From the sequence record MN958086.1: DNA of 32,000 nt; one strand, given 5' to 3'. The stretch comes from Vibrio phage Bennett. Of this stretch, positions 16,085-25,174 are shown in pieces (the stretch's first letter is position 1; each line of letters starts with the position of its first letter). The translations under genes were made by a program, and so were the position numbers. The notes beneath the pieces were generated by a model that searched no databases, was not told the DNA's origin, and was given only the letters and a program-made list of their open reading frames with translations.

Positions 16085-16830
16085 TGGCTATTTCTCAGAT
16101 GTTGGAAAATATTATACGACGCGAGTTAGACGACCGATCTAGTAAGGGTACTAAAAGGCAAGTTAAGTATGATGTGCAAACCGACGATACTAGGGAAGAG
16201 TCTAACGTAGCTACTATAAGTTTTAAATTCAGCAAACCTCTAGCACAAGCAGAAGCCTCTGATAGGGGTAAAAATGTACTAGCTGGGGTTGCAAAAAATC
16301 TCAATACACATCAACTAGGGATAGTTGATGCTATCCTAGCACAATATGGCTTGACCAAGTCTGTTGGAAGAAAGAGGGCTAGGGGTACTGTAAATGTTCG
16401 TTTAGGTGATTACTTAGAGGAAGGTAGATCCTTGGGTGTCAATACTGTAAAAGGTAAAATGATTTCCCAAACCAACCTACGTTCCCTTCTAGAAATTCTA
16501 GCTAAAGATTATTTAATTAGAGATATGAAGAAAGCAAATGCGCCACTTAAATACAGAACTGGTAGATTTGCTAACTCACTAGATGTGCGTTCTGTAAGAA
16601 TTCAGGATACTGATACTGGTCGCAAACCAGAACTATCTATATTCTACAATTATATGACCTATCCTTACGCTACTTTCGATCCTAAGAAGTCTACTAGACC
16701 TGCTATGTATAATCGTCCATCCTATGGTGCTCGTAACCCTCAAGTACTCATCGGAGACGCACTGGCTAAGGCTGCTAGAGATATAATTCATTCTAGGTAT
16801 AGAATAGATATTAGAGAGGCATTACAATGA
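16084..16830 (+). CDS. Putative neck/tail-completion protein (248 aa)
   Basis: Position between connector and tail terminator; ATG overlap. Confidence 0.6.
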   Translation: MAISQMLENIIRRELDDRSSKGTKRQVKYDVQTDDTREESNVATISFKFSKPLAQAEASDRGKNVLAGVAKNLNTHQLGIVDAILAQYGLTKSVGRKRARGTVNVRLGDYLEEGRSLGVNTVKGKMISQTNLRSLLEILAKDYLIRDMKKANAPLKYRTGRFANSLDVRSVRIQDTDTGRKPELSIFYNYMTYPYATFDPKKSTRPAMYNRPSYGARNPQVLIGDALAKAARDIIHSRYRIDIREALQ

Positions 16831-17312
16831 CACACAGAACGAGTATACGTGATAAGATAGTCGATACTCTAAAATCAGAACTTACAGACTCAAATCAAGA
16901 TACTTATTATACTGACATCGACATGAATGTTAGTGGTGAGAATCTGTATCTTGATCAGGTAGAATACTTTCCTGCACTTACTGTGGCGTTAGGTCCTGAA
17001 CGCCCAGAATACCAGCCGGGAGGTTTTAGGTGGATGTACCTTACTCTAGTTATAAGAGCGTATGTTAAGTCCGAAGACAGAGCAGACGAAGAATTAGAGC
17101 TACTAATCCAAGATATAAAAACCTTTATTGACACTCACGAAGATATAGAATATACTATAACTACTCCAAAAGGAGTTCAAAAACAGCTCCACGCTACCGA
17201 AATGACTATACTAAGCATTAATACAGATGAAGGTGTTCTAAATCCTATGGGTATAGGTGAGGTGGCTATAGAAATTAGATACCAGGACAGAAATGTTAGA
17301 TTTATTAAATAA
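16827..17312 (+). CDS. Tail terminator protein, T5 p142-like (161 aa)
   Basis: Size and position immediately upstream of the tail tube gene. Confidence 0.65.
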   Translation: MTHRTSIRDKIVDTLKSELTDSNQDTYYTDIDMNVSGENLYLDQVEYFPALTVALGPERPEYQPGGFRWMYLTLVIRAYVKSEDRADEELELLIQDIKTFIDTHEDIEYTITTPKGVQKQLHATEMTILSINTDEGVLNPMGIGEVAIEIRYQDRNVRFIK

Positions 17313-17326
17313 GGAGTCTGCACTAA

Positions 17327-18772
17327 ATGTCAGTCCAACTATTACGTAATACTAGATTATGGGCTAGTATAGCAAAGCCAGGTGAAACACTTGATAAGAC
17401 CAATACTTGGGAGGTCTTAATCCAAGAGGACTTTGCGTTCAACCAAGACGGTAACTCTACCGATATTAACTTAGATGAAGCAGGCCCACGCCCAACTCGT
17501 GGTTCTAAGAGATTCAATGATAATCTAAACCCTGCTGACTGGAACTTTTCTACATACCTACGCCCATACTTGAGCGATTCTGGTACTAAGAATAACTCTG
17601 CAGATGACGTAGTTCTAACCCCAGACTACACCTTGTGGCACTGTCTAGCTAGTGGATCTCCTGTAGATGTTACTAACGAAGACGGAGTTAAGGCTAACTC
17701 TACAAATATGCTAGTAAGTTTCAAAGACAACCAGTACCACCAACTTAATACACTTACACTGTTCTACTTAGTTGATAACGTATGGTATAAAATCCACGAC
17801 GTACAAATCAACCAAGCAGAAATCAGCATTGATATTGAAGGTATTGGTATGACAGCTTGGTCTGGTCAAGGTACTAAGGTAGAGCCTCTAGGTACTACTC
17901 AACCTTTCGATCCTAACTCAGCAGACTTTACGTTCCCTGATGATGTATTTGAAACAGCTCCTTATATTAAGAATAAGTTAACTACTTTATTCATTAAAGA
18001 TAATAAGGACGATGTTAAGTACGATATTCCTATTACTGGTGGTTCTATTACTATCAATAACAATATCAGCTACTTGACACCAAATACTCTATCGCGTTTA
18101 GACCTACCTATTGGTTCATTCACAGGAACATTCGAAGTTTCAGGTAGCCTAGAAGCCTACCTACGTAACAAAGAGCCTGGCGACTCTCAAGATCGTGCAG
18201 CAGAGTTACTAAACAAAATGATTACCGACAGAAGTATTACTAATAGCTTCCAGATTGGTATCTGTTTAGGTGGTGTATACCCGAACGCTAATGCAAGTAC
18301 AGTAACTAAAGCGCCAGGTGTTGTAGTTGTTCTACCAACTGCTCACTTATCTGTTCCATCTACTGAGACAGCCGACGTACTTGGTACAAGTATTGAGTTC
18401 AAAGGTATTCCTACAGAACTAGATGCAGGTGATGAAGTTTACTTAGGTATGAGTCCAGAATACACTGCAGCTCAAATCCAAGCTCTTATTGAGCGTGGTG
18501 ATGGTGCTAGACTTTCCGCTCCACCAGGCATTACCACACAGCCCGCTAACCAAACACTAACTACAGGTGAGCAGTTGCAGCTATCAGTGGTAGCTTCTGA
18601 TGCTTCGCGTTACCAATGGTATAAAGATGATGCCCCTATTAGCGGTGCTACAGCTTCAACATATACTAAGAGTTCCGCAGCACTATCAGATGGTGGTAAG
18701 TACTACGTAGAAGCTTACAATAGCGAAGGTAGTAAAACTACCAGTAACACAATCACAGTTACTGTTAGTTAA
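17327..18772 (+). CDS. Tail tube protein, T5 pb6-like, with C-terminal Ig-like domain (481 aa)
   Basis: Position; C-terminal ITTQPANQTLTTGEQLQLSVVASDASRYQWYKDDAPISGATASTYTKSSAALSDGGKYYVEAYNSEG is an Ig-like domain. Confidence 0.85.
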   Translation: MSVQLLRNTRLWASIAKPGETLDKTNTWEVLIQEDFAFNQDGNSTDINLDEAGPRPTRGSKRFNDNLNPADWNFSTYLRPYLSDSGTKNNSADDVVLTPDYTLWHCLASGSPVDVTNEDGVKANSTNMLVSFKDNQYHQLNTLTLFYLVDNVWYKIHDVQINQAEISIDIEGIGMTAWSGQGTKVEPLGTTQPFDPNSADFTFPDDVFETAPYIKNKLTTLFIKDNKDDVKYDIPITGGSITINNNISYLTPNTLSRLDLPIGSFTGTFEVSGSLEAYLRNKEPGDSQDRAAELLNKMITDRSITNSFQIGICLGGVYPNANASTVTKAPGVVVVLPTAHLSVPSTETADVLGTSIEFKGIPTELDAGDEVYLGMSPEYTAAQIQALIERGDGARLSAPPGITTQPANQTLTTGEQLQLSVVASDASRYQWYKDDAPISGATASTYTKSSAALSDGGKYYVEAYNSEGSKTTSNTITVTVS

Positions 18773-18786
18773 TTAAGAGGATAACT

Positions 18787-19671
18787 ATGTCATACACTCT
18801 ACAGAAAGAGTGCAAGATAGTGTTAATCTATAAAGGTACAGGGTATCTATTCGATGCCCTTACCCAGTTTGACTTTAACCAGACTTTCAATAGATCGTCT
18901 GGTTCTAGAAAGACTCTGCACTCAAAGAAAGCAAAACCATATACTTATGCTAATTCAAAAAACTCAGCTACGTTTAGCTTCGGTGTATTAGGTACTAAGA
19001 GCTTCTCGGAAGGTGTATTATTCGAATTGGCGGGGCTAACTAAGCTACACGCCAATGTATATGAATATGGTGACGAATTAGGTATATCACCTGAGTTTTG
19101 TGATATATTTATAGTTACTAAGGCTGGCACACACAAAGTAACTAAAGCAGCGGTACAGTCACTAGAAGTATCACTAGCACTAAGTGAGCCACTAGCTTTT
19201 GATGTATCATTTACTGCTAGTAGTATTAAAAGAGTATCTGGTATAGATTTATCTTCTGGGTTAATAGAGCAAGGTGAGCCGTTATTACCTACTCCTATAC
19301 AATATAGAATAAATAATATTCTTAATAACTCAGTAATAAATGCAGGTATATCTTTACAGCAATCCATAGACTGGAGGGCTGACAGAGGATTGCATGACAT
19401 AGGTAACTTATACATACCTAAACATGCAGTACTAACGGATAGGAGTTATGGTATGAATGTAAATACGTATCTAAATACCAAATACCCTACCCCAGAAGAA
19501 GCTTATTACGCAAATCTAGAATTATATAAATCTGGATTATATCTCTCATTAGGAGATGCATTGGTAACACACAGAGTAGCTCCTGCGGATGTATTTACAG
19601 AAGCACAAGATGTTACTATAACTGACAAAACAAATAAAATTATCGTGGAATATGGAGGATATTTAATATGA
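18787..19671 (+). CDS. Putative minor tail protein (294 aa)
   Basis: Position between tail tube and tail-assembly chaperone. Confidence 0.6.
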   Translation: MSYTLQKECKIVLIYKGTGYLFDALTQFDFNQTFNRSSGSRKTLHSKKAKPYTYANSKNSATFSFGVLGTKSFSEGVLFELAGLTKLHANVYEYGDELGISPEFCDIFIVTKAGTHKVTKAAVQSLEVSLALSEPLAFDVSFTASSIKRVSGIDLSSGLIEQGEPLLPTPIQYRINNILNNSVINAGISLQQSIDWRADRGLHDIGNLYIPKHAVLTDRSYGMNVNTYLNTKYPTPEEAYYANLELYKSGLYLSLGDALVTHRVAPADVFTEAQDVTITDKTNKIIVEYGGYLI

Positions 19672-20078
19672 AATTAAGTCTATCAGCATTAGCACTTAAC
19701 TCAAAAACAGCAGAGTTTGACTTCCCAGGTATCGTAGGATTTAAAGTACGTCTTACTTATCTATCAAGAGAGGCTAGACGTAAGATTCAGGAAAAATGTA
19801 AAGTTCAGAAATATGATGAAACTTCTGGTCTTCCATACATGGATCTAGATGTAGAGAAATATACAGAAGAATACGTGAAAGCAACAATCAATGGCTGGAC
19901 AGGGTTAACGCTAGAGAACGTAGCTAACCTAATGCTTATCGATCAATCTCAAGTAGAAGACCCTAAAGCTGAAATCGATTTTGACATTGATACTGCTACA
20001 CAGCTTGTTAAGTTATCTGAGAAATTTGATAACTGGGTTAGTGCTAAGTTGGCACAAATCGAGAACTTTCGAAACTGA
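19668..20078 (+). CDS. Tail assembly chaperone (upstream, G-like part), 136 aa
   Basis: Position upstream of tape measure and downstream overlapping ORF in another frame. Confidence 0.75.
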   Translation: MKLSLSALALNSKTAEFDFPGIVGFKVRLTYLSREARRKIQEKCKVQKYDETSGLPYMDLDVEKYTEEYVKATINGWTGLTLENVANLMLIDQSQVEDPKAEIDFDIDTATQLVKLSEKFDNWVSAKLAQIENFRN

Positions 20079-20481
20079 GAGACGGAAACTTCTATTCGAA
20101 TCTCTCGATAAATATTTCGATAAACAGAATGGTTTCTCTAAATCTAAGTATATAAATATATGTATGCAACTTGGAGAGAAGCCAGACCCTAAGAGAATGC
20201 CTATAGATTTCTCAGACTTTCCACCACTAGTGAGAGATGCTATAGAAATCTTTAATAGACTAGGTGACAGGTACACTAGTACTGATCTTGGACCACTTTA
20301 TATTGGTAAAGATATATCAACATTAGATTTCTTATATAATATTTATGAGATTCATGATGTAGAAGATAGAAAATTAACACTAGAGATAGTACAGCACCTA
20401 GATAGTAAAATAGTTAAACAAGCAGTTAGTAAATGGAAAACAGAAGCCAAAAAGCTAAAAGCAAAGGCTAAACACCACTAG
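19981..20481 (+). CDS. Tail assembly chaperone frameshift extension (GT-like part); productive part probably from about 20070
   Basis: Overlaps the 19668-20078 ORF in the +1 frame with no obvious SD; slippery candidate UUU-CGA-AAC-UGA at 20067-20078. Confidence 0.7.
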   Translation: MTLILLHSLLSYLRNLITGLVLSWHKSRTFETERRKLLFESLDKYFDKQNGFSKSKYINICMQLGEKPDPKRMPIDFSDFPPLVRDAIEIFNRLGDRYTSTDLGPLYIGKDISTLDFLYNIYEIHDVEDRKLTLEIVQHLDSKIVKQAVSKWKTEAKKLKAKAKHH

Positions 20482-20518
20482 CTACTTAACCGAGTCCTCA
20501 CGGGCATTCCACGAGCTT

Positions 20519-20547
20519 GCTCTGGGTGTAATGCCCAGAGCTTTTTT
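20519..20547 (+). terminator. Rho-independent terminator between chaperone and capsid-like gene
   Basis: GCTCTGGG-TGTAATG-CCCAGAGC-TTTTTT. Confidence 0.88.
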
Positions 20548-20562
20548 CGTATGGAGAAAACA

Positions 20563-21324
20563 ATGATTAAAGACCTAAAAACATATATTGAAACCGTGAA
20601 CAAATCAGCAACATCTTCTGTATCAGGAGCAGAAGATACTAAAGTAGAAACATTGCGTCAAGCAGTATTAAAAGGTAGCTGGTTACTTCCATTGCTGCCT
20701 AATATTACTATGACTGGTAAATTTACTGATATTCCTTTCATCCACCTACCTGACGATGATGACACTACTTTCCGAGTAGGTGGCATTCAAGTAACAAAAG
20801 AATTACTAGCAGCACAAGCAGTATTAGTAGATGATACAGTAGAAGATTCTAGCCCTAACCTAGAAACAGCCCTAGATAGAATTCTTATCTCTCAAGCACG
20901 TCTTAAAGTAGAAAACTATATTGCCGACCAAATGTCTGCTATAACAGCTACAGCAGGTGTTGCCTCTTCTAAGTCGTTTTCTACAATTGTAGAGTTAATT
21001 AAGAAATTCCCTAACCAAATGTTAGCTATCGAAGGTAAATTCGTAGCAGTGGTATCTCCTATGACACACTTCACTATTCTGTCAACAATGGATAACGCAC
21101 ACAGAGAGATGGTAAAATCTGGTATCATTACTCTAGTACCGGCATTAGGTATGGAAGACGATGCCCTAATTATGTTCCATACTCAGGGTGTAGCGTTAGG
21201 TTATACTATCAATGGTATTGAGAAAGACCGAGATGGAGCTAGCCAAAAAGACAACCTAATAGTTCAAGCAACAGCAGGCTTTGGATACGATAGCGATTAC
21301 ATCAAACACGTAAAACTAAGCTAA
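20563..21324 (+). CDS. HK97-fold-like (capsid-like) protein of unknown role inside the tail operon (253 aa from MIKDLKTYI)
   Basis: Pattern AAQAVLVDDTVEDSSPNLETALDRILISQARLKVENYIADQM / FVAVVSPMTHFTIL / GIITLVPALGMEDDALIMFHTQGVALGY mirrors segments of the major capsid at 14081-15478. Confidence 0.55.
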   Translation: MIKDLKTYIETVNKSATSSVSGAEDTKVETLRQAVLKGSWLLPLLPNITMTGKFTDIPFIHLPDDDDTTFRVGGIQVTKELLAAQAVLVDDTVEDSSPNLETALDRILISQARLKVENYIADQMSAITATAGVASSKSFSTIVELIKKFPNQMLAIEGKFVAVVSPMTHFTILSTMDNAHREMVKSGIITLVPALGMEDDALIMFHTQGVALGYTINGIEKDRDGASQKDNLIVQATAGFGYDSDYIKHVKLS

Positions 21325-21339
21325 TAAACGGGAGTTTAT

Positions 21340-24300
21340 ATGGCTAACAAGCTAATTGAAGAGCTAATTATTAAGGTTAAGCAGCAAGGTGCTAAACCTA
21401 CAGAGAAAGCAATTACTGGTGTCGGAGAAGCCTTCGACACCGCAAAGAAAAATGTCAATGCATTTAACTCAGCCTCAGAACGTGTACCTAAATATCTTAA
21501 AAAGATAGAAGAATCAGCAGACAGAGCAGCTAAGTCTATGGGTAAAGTAAAATTTACCATGGACTCCACAACTATTGAAGCATCACTAGGTCGTATCGAA
21601 GGTAGCCTAGAAGCCTTAATTGGCGAAAGTCATGACCTTTACGATGCAATGGCTAAGATGAATAACAACTTAATTACTCTATTCCAGAATATGAGCAACG
21701 AGTTGGGTGCTGATTTAGAGCGTGTAGAAGATGGTCTTATTGATGTTCGCTCTGAAGCTGGGAAAACTGGAGATGCGTTAGCTAAGTTAGGCAAAGGAGC
21801 AGGTAAGGCCGGTAGAGGTCTAGGTAACCAGAACCGCCAAGGTAGAAATGGTGTGCGTACCTTCTCAGACCTAGCGAAAGTAGCGGGCCCATTACCTCTA
21901 CTATACGCTAACATTGCAGCTAACGTGTTCGCGCTTAGTGAAGCCTTTAGACTACTAACCGAAGGCGAACAATTAAATCGTCTAGAAGAAGTTGGCACTA
22001 TCATAGGTTCTAAAATTGGTACACCAGTTCAGTTAATAGCTAAGGATATGCAGAAGTTAACTGGGTATACCCTTAGTTATGGTGAATCACTAAGAAATGC
22101 TGCTGCAGCTGCCTCTTATGGGTTCGATTCAGAGCAAATAGAACAGTTAACTATGGCAGCACGTCGAGCATCTATTGCTCTAGGTGTAGATATGCAAGAC
22201 GCCATGAACCGTGTTATTCGTGGTACATCTAAACTAGAAATCGAGCTATTGGACGAACTTGGTATCACTACTAAGCTAACAACCGCTTATGAGCGTTATG
22301 CTCAACAATTAGGTATTAGTGCCAATTCACTTAACTCATACCAGCAACGTGCAGCATTGGTCAATGAGATTAACTCACAGTCGGTAGAGAAGTTTGGCGA
22401 TTTAGATGAGATGTTGAGAAACGGTGCTCCTTGGGAAGTATTTGGGGCTAATACTGCATCAGCATTCCAGACGTTTATGCAGAATATCTCTGAGGCTACT
22501 TCATTCATTCCTAAATTCTTCAATGAAATAGAGGAAGGGTCTAGACGAATAGAAGAGCCATTAGATAATGCTAAAAAGCTACTAGAATCTTTCTCTATGG
22601 CAGATGGCAGGGCCGGGCAAGTAGGTATACTTGTAGAGGCCAACAACCAAATAGAAGAACTAGAAAAGAGATTAAGTGTACTAAGTCAGGCCAATACTAG
22701 TAGTTTTTCTGTGGCTGATCTTGTAAACTATAAAGATGAAGTACGAAACGTACGTACTGCTATAGATAGGCTTAGAGGTTTGATGTCCACCCAAAGTCTA
22801 GGTATAGATGCTATCAAAGAGATAGACGGTGCATATAGAAACCTAAATGCTACAGTAAAAGGTTCAGTACAATCTTATAACACTAGTTTAGCCTCAATTA
22901 AGGGGCAAAGTACTTCTTATGAGAAACTATACGCAGATGTAAACTCTATGAAAGTAGCCTATGAGAAGTTAGCTGCTGTAGATCCTGGATTTAAGGCTGC
23001 AGATGCACTTAAACAATTAGGCTTTGAGTCTAAATTCGCATTAGACCGTGCAACAGAACTTGCCAGAACTTATAGAGATACTAACAGGGAGTTGGCAGTA
23101 TTCGCTAAAACCCAGGCAGAAGCAGAGGTCCAAGGACGCTACTCAGGTAAAGAACCAGAAGCAGTTAAGCTAGGTCTATTAAAAGAACAACAAAACTTAT
23201 ATACTAAACTTCTAGTAGATCAACAAAGATTAGGTGCTAGTAGTGTGGCTACAGCTAAAACATCTGCCCAGATTGCAAAAATAGCATCTCAAACCATAGA
23301 TACGCAGGTTGCTTTAGTAGACGTACACACCAAAGAACTAGATACCCAAACTAGACTGAATATGGCTCTACAACCAGAGCTATTAATTAAGAAAGACCTA
23401 CTATCCAATGAGAAAACCAGATTAGCAAACTTGCAGCTGATCCAAGGTACTCACAAGGAGCAAGAACAGTCTCTAAATAGAATCAAGCAATTAGAAAACG
23501 AGATACTAGCAGCACAGGTAGCTCAATCTAATGCTATGATGGATTCTGCTCTAGGTAACTTAGCATCATTTGCCCCAGGTATTGATCAAATGACTAGTTC
23601 CCTTAATGGACTAGCTATGTCATTCAATAACATGGGTCAATCTAGCATGACCACCACACAGATGGTGTCTTCTGGGTTGAATGCCTTCCAAGGGATGCTA
23701 TCGTATTCTTCTAACCAGTCTATACAAGCAGTAGATGCTCAAATAGCTGCTGAACAGAAGCGAGATGGTAAGTCTAAGGAATCAGTAGCTAAGATAAATG
23801 CACTTGAGAAGAAGAAGATTGAACAACAGAAAAAGGCAGCCAAGCAACAAATTCTTATCTCTACTGCGGTAGCGGTAATGAATGCAGCGGCTAATCCTTG
23901 GCCTGTTCCAGCTATCCCATTAATGGCTACAGCAGCCTTAGCAGGTGGACTAGCATACCAACAAGCCTCTAGCGCTTCTAGTAATTTAGTATCTTCTGCT
24001 AGTGGCAATACTCAGGCGTCCTTAACTCTTGGCGATAGGTCGAATCAAGTAGATGTATCTCAATCAGCATCTCGCGGTGAGTTAGCTTATATTAGAAACG
24101 AATCTGGTACTGGTAGTATGCAATCATTTACTCCTAGAGCTAATGGTGGTATAGGTATCCCAGGAAATAGTCTAGTAGTAGGTGAACATGGTCCAGAGGT
24201 TATCACACCCCTAGAACCAATACAAGCTTACAGTGCAGAAGAGTCTAGGGCTATGGGCGGTGGTTATACGGATAACCGCCAACTAGTAGTACAGGCTATT

Positions 24301-24396
24301 GATACTCAATCAATCATGGATAGAGCAGATGATATATTTGATGCTTGGGATGATGCAGCTTATCAAAGAGGCATGAACTCAGACAGACTACGTTAA
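21340..24396 (+). CDS. Tape measure protein, T5 pb2-like (1018 aa)
   Basis: Length, coiled-coil composition, hydrophobic C-terminal helices, C-terminal ANGGIGIPGNSLVVGEHGPEVITPL motif. Confidence 0.93.
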   Translation: MANKLIEELIIKVKQQGAKPTEKAITGVGEAFDTAKKNVNAFNSASERVPKYLKKIEESADRAAKSMGKVKFTMDSTTIEASLGRIEGSLEALIGESHDLYDAMAKMNNNLITLFQNMSNELGADLERVEDGLIDVRSEAGKTGDALAKLGKGAGKAGRGLGNQNRQGRNGVRTFSDLAKVAGPLPLLYANIAANVFALSEAFRLLTEGEQLNRLEEVGTIIGSKIGTPVQLIAKDMQKLTGYTLSYGESLRNAAAAASYGFDSEQIEQLTMAARRASIALGVDMQDAMNRVIRGTSKLEIELLDELGITTKLTTAYERYAQQLGISANSLNSYQQRAALVNEINSQSVEKFGDLDEMLRNGAPWEVFGANTASAFQTFMQNISEATSFIPKFFNEIEEGSRRIEEPLDNAKKLLESFSMADGRAGQVGILVEANNQIEELEKRLSVLSQANTSSFSVADLVNYKDEVRNVRTAIDRLRGLMSTQSLGIDAIKEIDGAYRNLNATVKGSVQSYNTSLASIKGQSTSYEKLYADVNSMKVAYEKLAAVDPGFKAADALKQLGFESKFALDRATELARTYRDTNRELAVFAKTQAEAEVQGRYSGKEPEAVKLGLLKEQQNLYTKLLVDQQRLGASSVATAKTSAQIAKIASQTIDTQVALVDVHTKELDTQTRLNMALQPELLIKKDLLSNEKTRLANLQLIQGTHKEQEQSLNRIKQLENEILAAQVAQSNAMMDSALGNLASFAPGIDQMTSSLNGLAMSFNNMGQSSMTTTQMVSSGLNAFQGMLSYSSNQSIQAVDAQIAAEQKRDGKSKESVAKINALEKKKIEQQKKAAKQQILISTAVAVMNAAANPWPVPAIPLMATAALAGGLAYQQASSASSNLVSSASGNTQASLTLGDRSNQVDVSQSASRGELAYIRNESGTGSMQSFTPRANGGIGIPGNSLVVGEHGPEVITPLEPIQAYSAEESRAMGGGYTDNRQLVVQAIDTQSIMDRADDIFDAWDDAAYQRGMNSDRLR

Positions 24397-24400
24397 TAAA

Positions 24401-24425
24401 AGCCTCCCTATGTGGAGGCCTTTTT
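24401..24425 (+). terminator. Terminator after the tape measure gene
   Basis: GCCTCC-CCTATGT-GGAGGC-CTTTTT. Confidence 0.8.
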
Positions 24426-24443
24426 ATATCTAAAATTATACTA

Positions 24444-24471
24444 TTGACTTTAGCTCAGGTGCGTGTATAAT
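24444..24471 (+). promoter_or_regulatory. Predicted promoter TTGACT-N16-TATAAT upstream of the baseplate genes
   Basis: -35 24444-24449, -10 24466-24471, right after the terminator. Confidence 0.65.
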
Positions 24472-24522
24472 AACTTGTATAGCGGGACATTGTCTCATAG
24501 AAAACTTTAGATACACTACGGC

Positions 24523-24541
24523 CCATTGACTCGCTCAATGG
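24523..24541 (+). promoter_or_regulatory. 5'UTR hairpin CCATTGA-CTCGC-TCAATGG just upstream of the Dit-like gene
   Basis: 7-bp perfect stem, 5-nt loop, followed by ggagcactcATG. Confidence 0.5.
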
Positions 24542-24556
24542 CATTTTGGAGCACTC

Positions 24557-25174
24557 ATGGCTATTAGATTACCTGATCCATTCACACATCCTGATGAAGC
24601 ACCAGGATTCTTAAAAGCTCCGCTGGTAGACAACGAACCTATATTACAGGATGAGTTACCAAACGGAAAAGTGCTTCAAACAAAAAGCTCAGCACAATAC
24701 TGGAGTGTTAATATTACCTATCCAGATCTATACGAGCTAGAATACAAATTAGTTTCTTCTGCAATCAACGAAGCAAAACGCACTGGAGATACTATCGAAA
24801 TAGTACTACCACAATATATCAATTACAGGGTTATTGGAGATCTAGCTACTACTAGCATACCAGCCAATCAGAAAGGTAGTACAGTAGAAATTACAGGGGT
24901 ATCTAATATAAATGGTGCACCTTACCTTGGTGACCTATTCAAACTTAGTACACATCCCAAAGTATATAAGATAACAAAATTCAAACGTGAAGGTGATAAA
25001 TTCATTATTAATATATATCCAGATTTATTTATAGAGACTGATGGTACAGAGAAACCTATATTTAATGTAGTACCTCTACAGGTACGACTAATGGATAGGA
25101 GCTCTATTACAGATAACGTTAACGCTGACGGAATGTACGAGGGCGTTAGCTACTCGTTTAGGGAGAGTTTATGA
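24557..25174 (+). CDS. Distal tail protein (Dit), T5 pb9-like (205 aa)
   Basis: Recognisable T5 pb9 features: RLPDPFTHPDE, LVDNEPILQDELPNGKV, SAQYW, LPQY, GDLFKLSTHPKVYKIT, YPDLFI, SFRESL C-terminus. Confidence 0.92.
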   Translation: MAIRLPDPFTHPDEAPGFLKAPLVDNEPILQDELPNGKVLQTKSSAQYWSVNITYPDLYELEYKLVSSAINEAKRTGDTIEIVLPQYINYRVIGDLATTSIPANQKGSTVEITGVSNINGAPYLGDLFKLSTHPKVYKITKFKREGDKFIINIYPDLFIETDGTEKPIFNVVPLQVRLMDRSSITDNVNADGMYEGVSYSFRESL

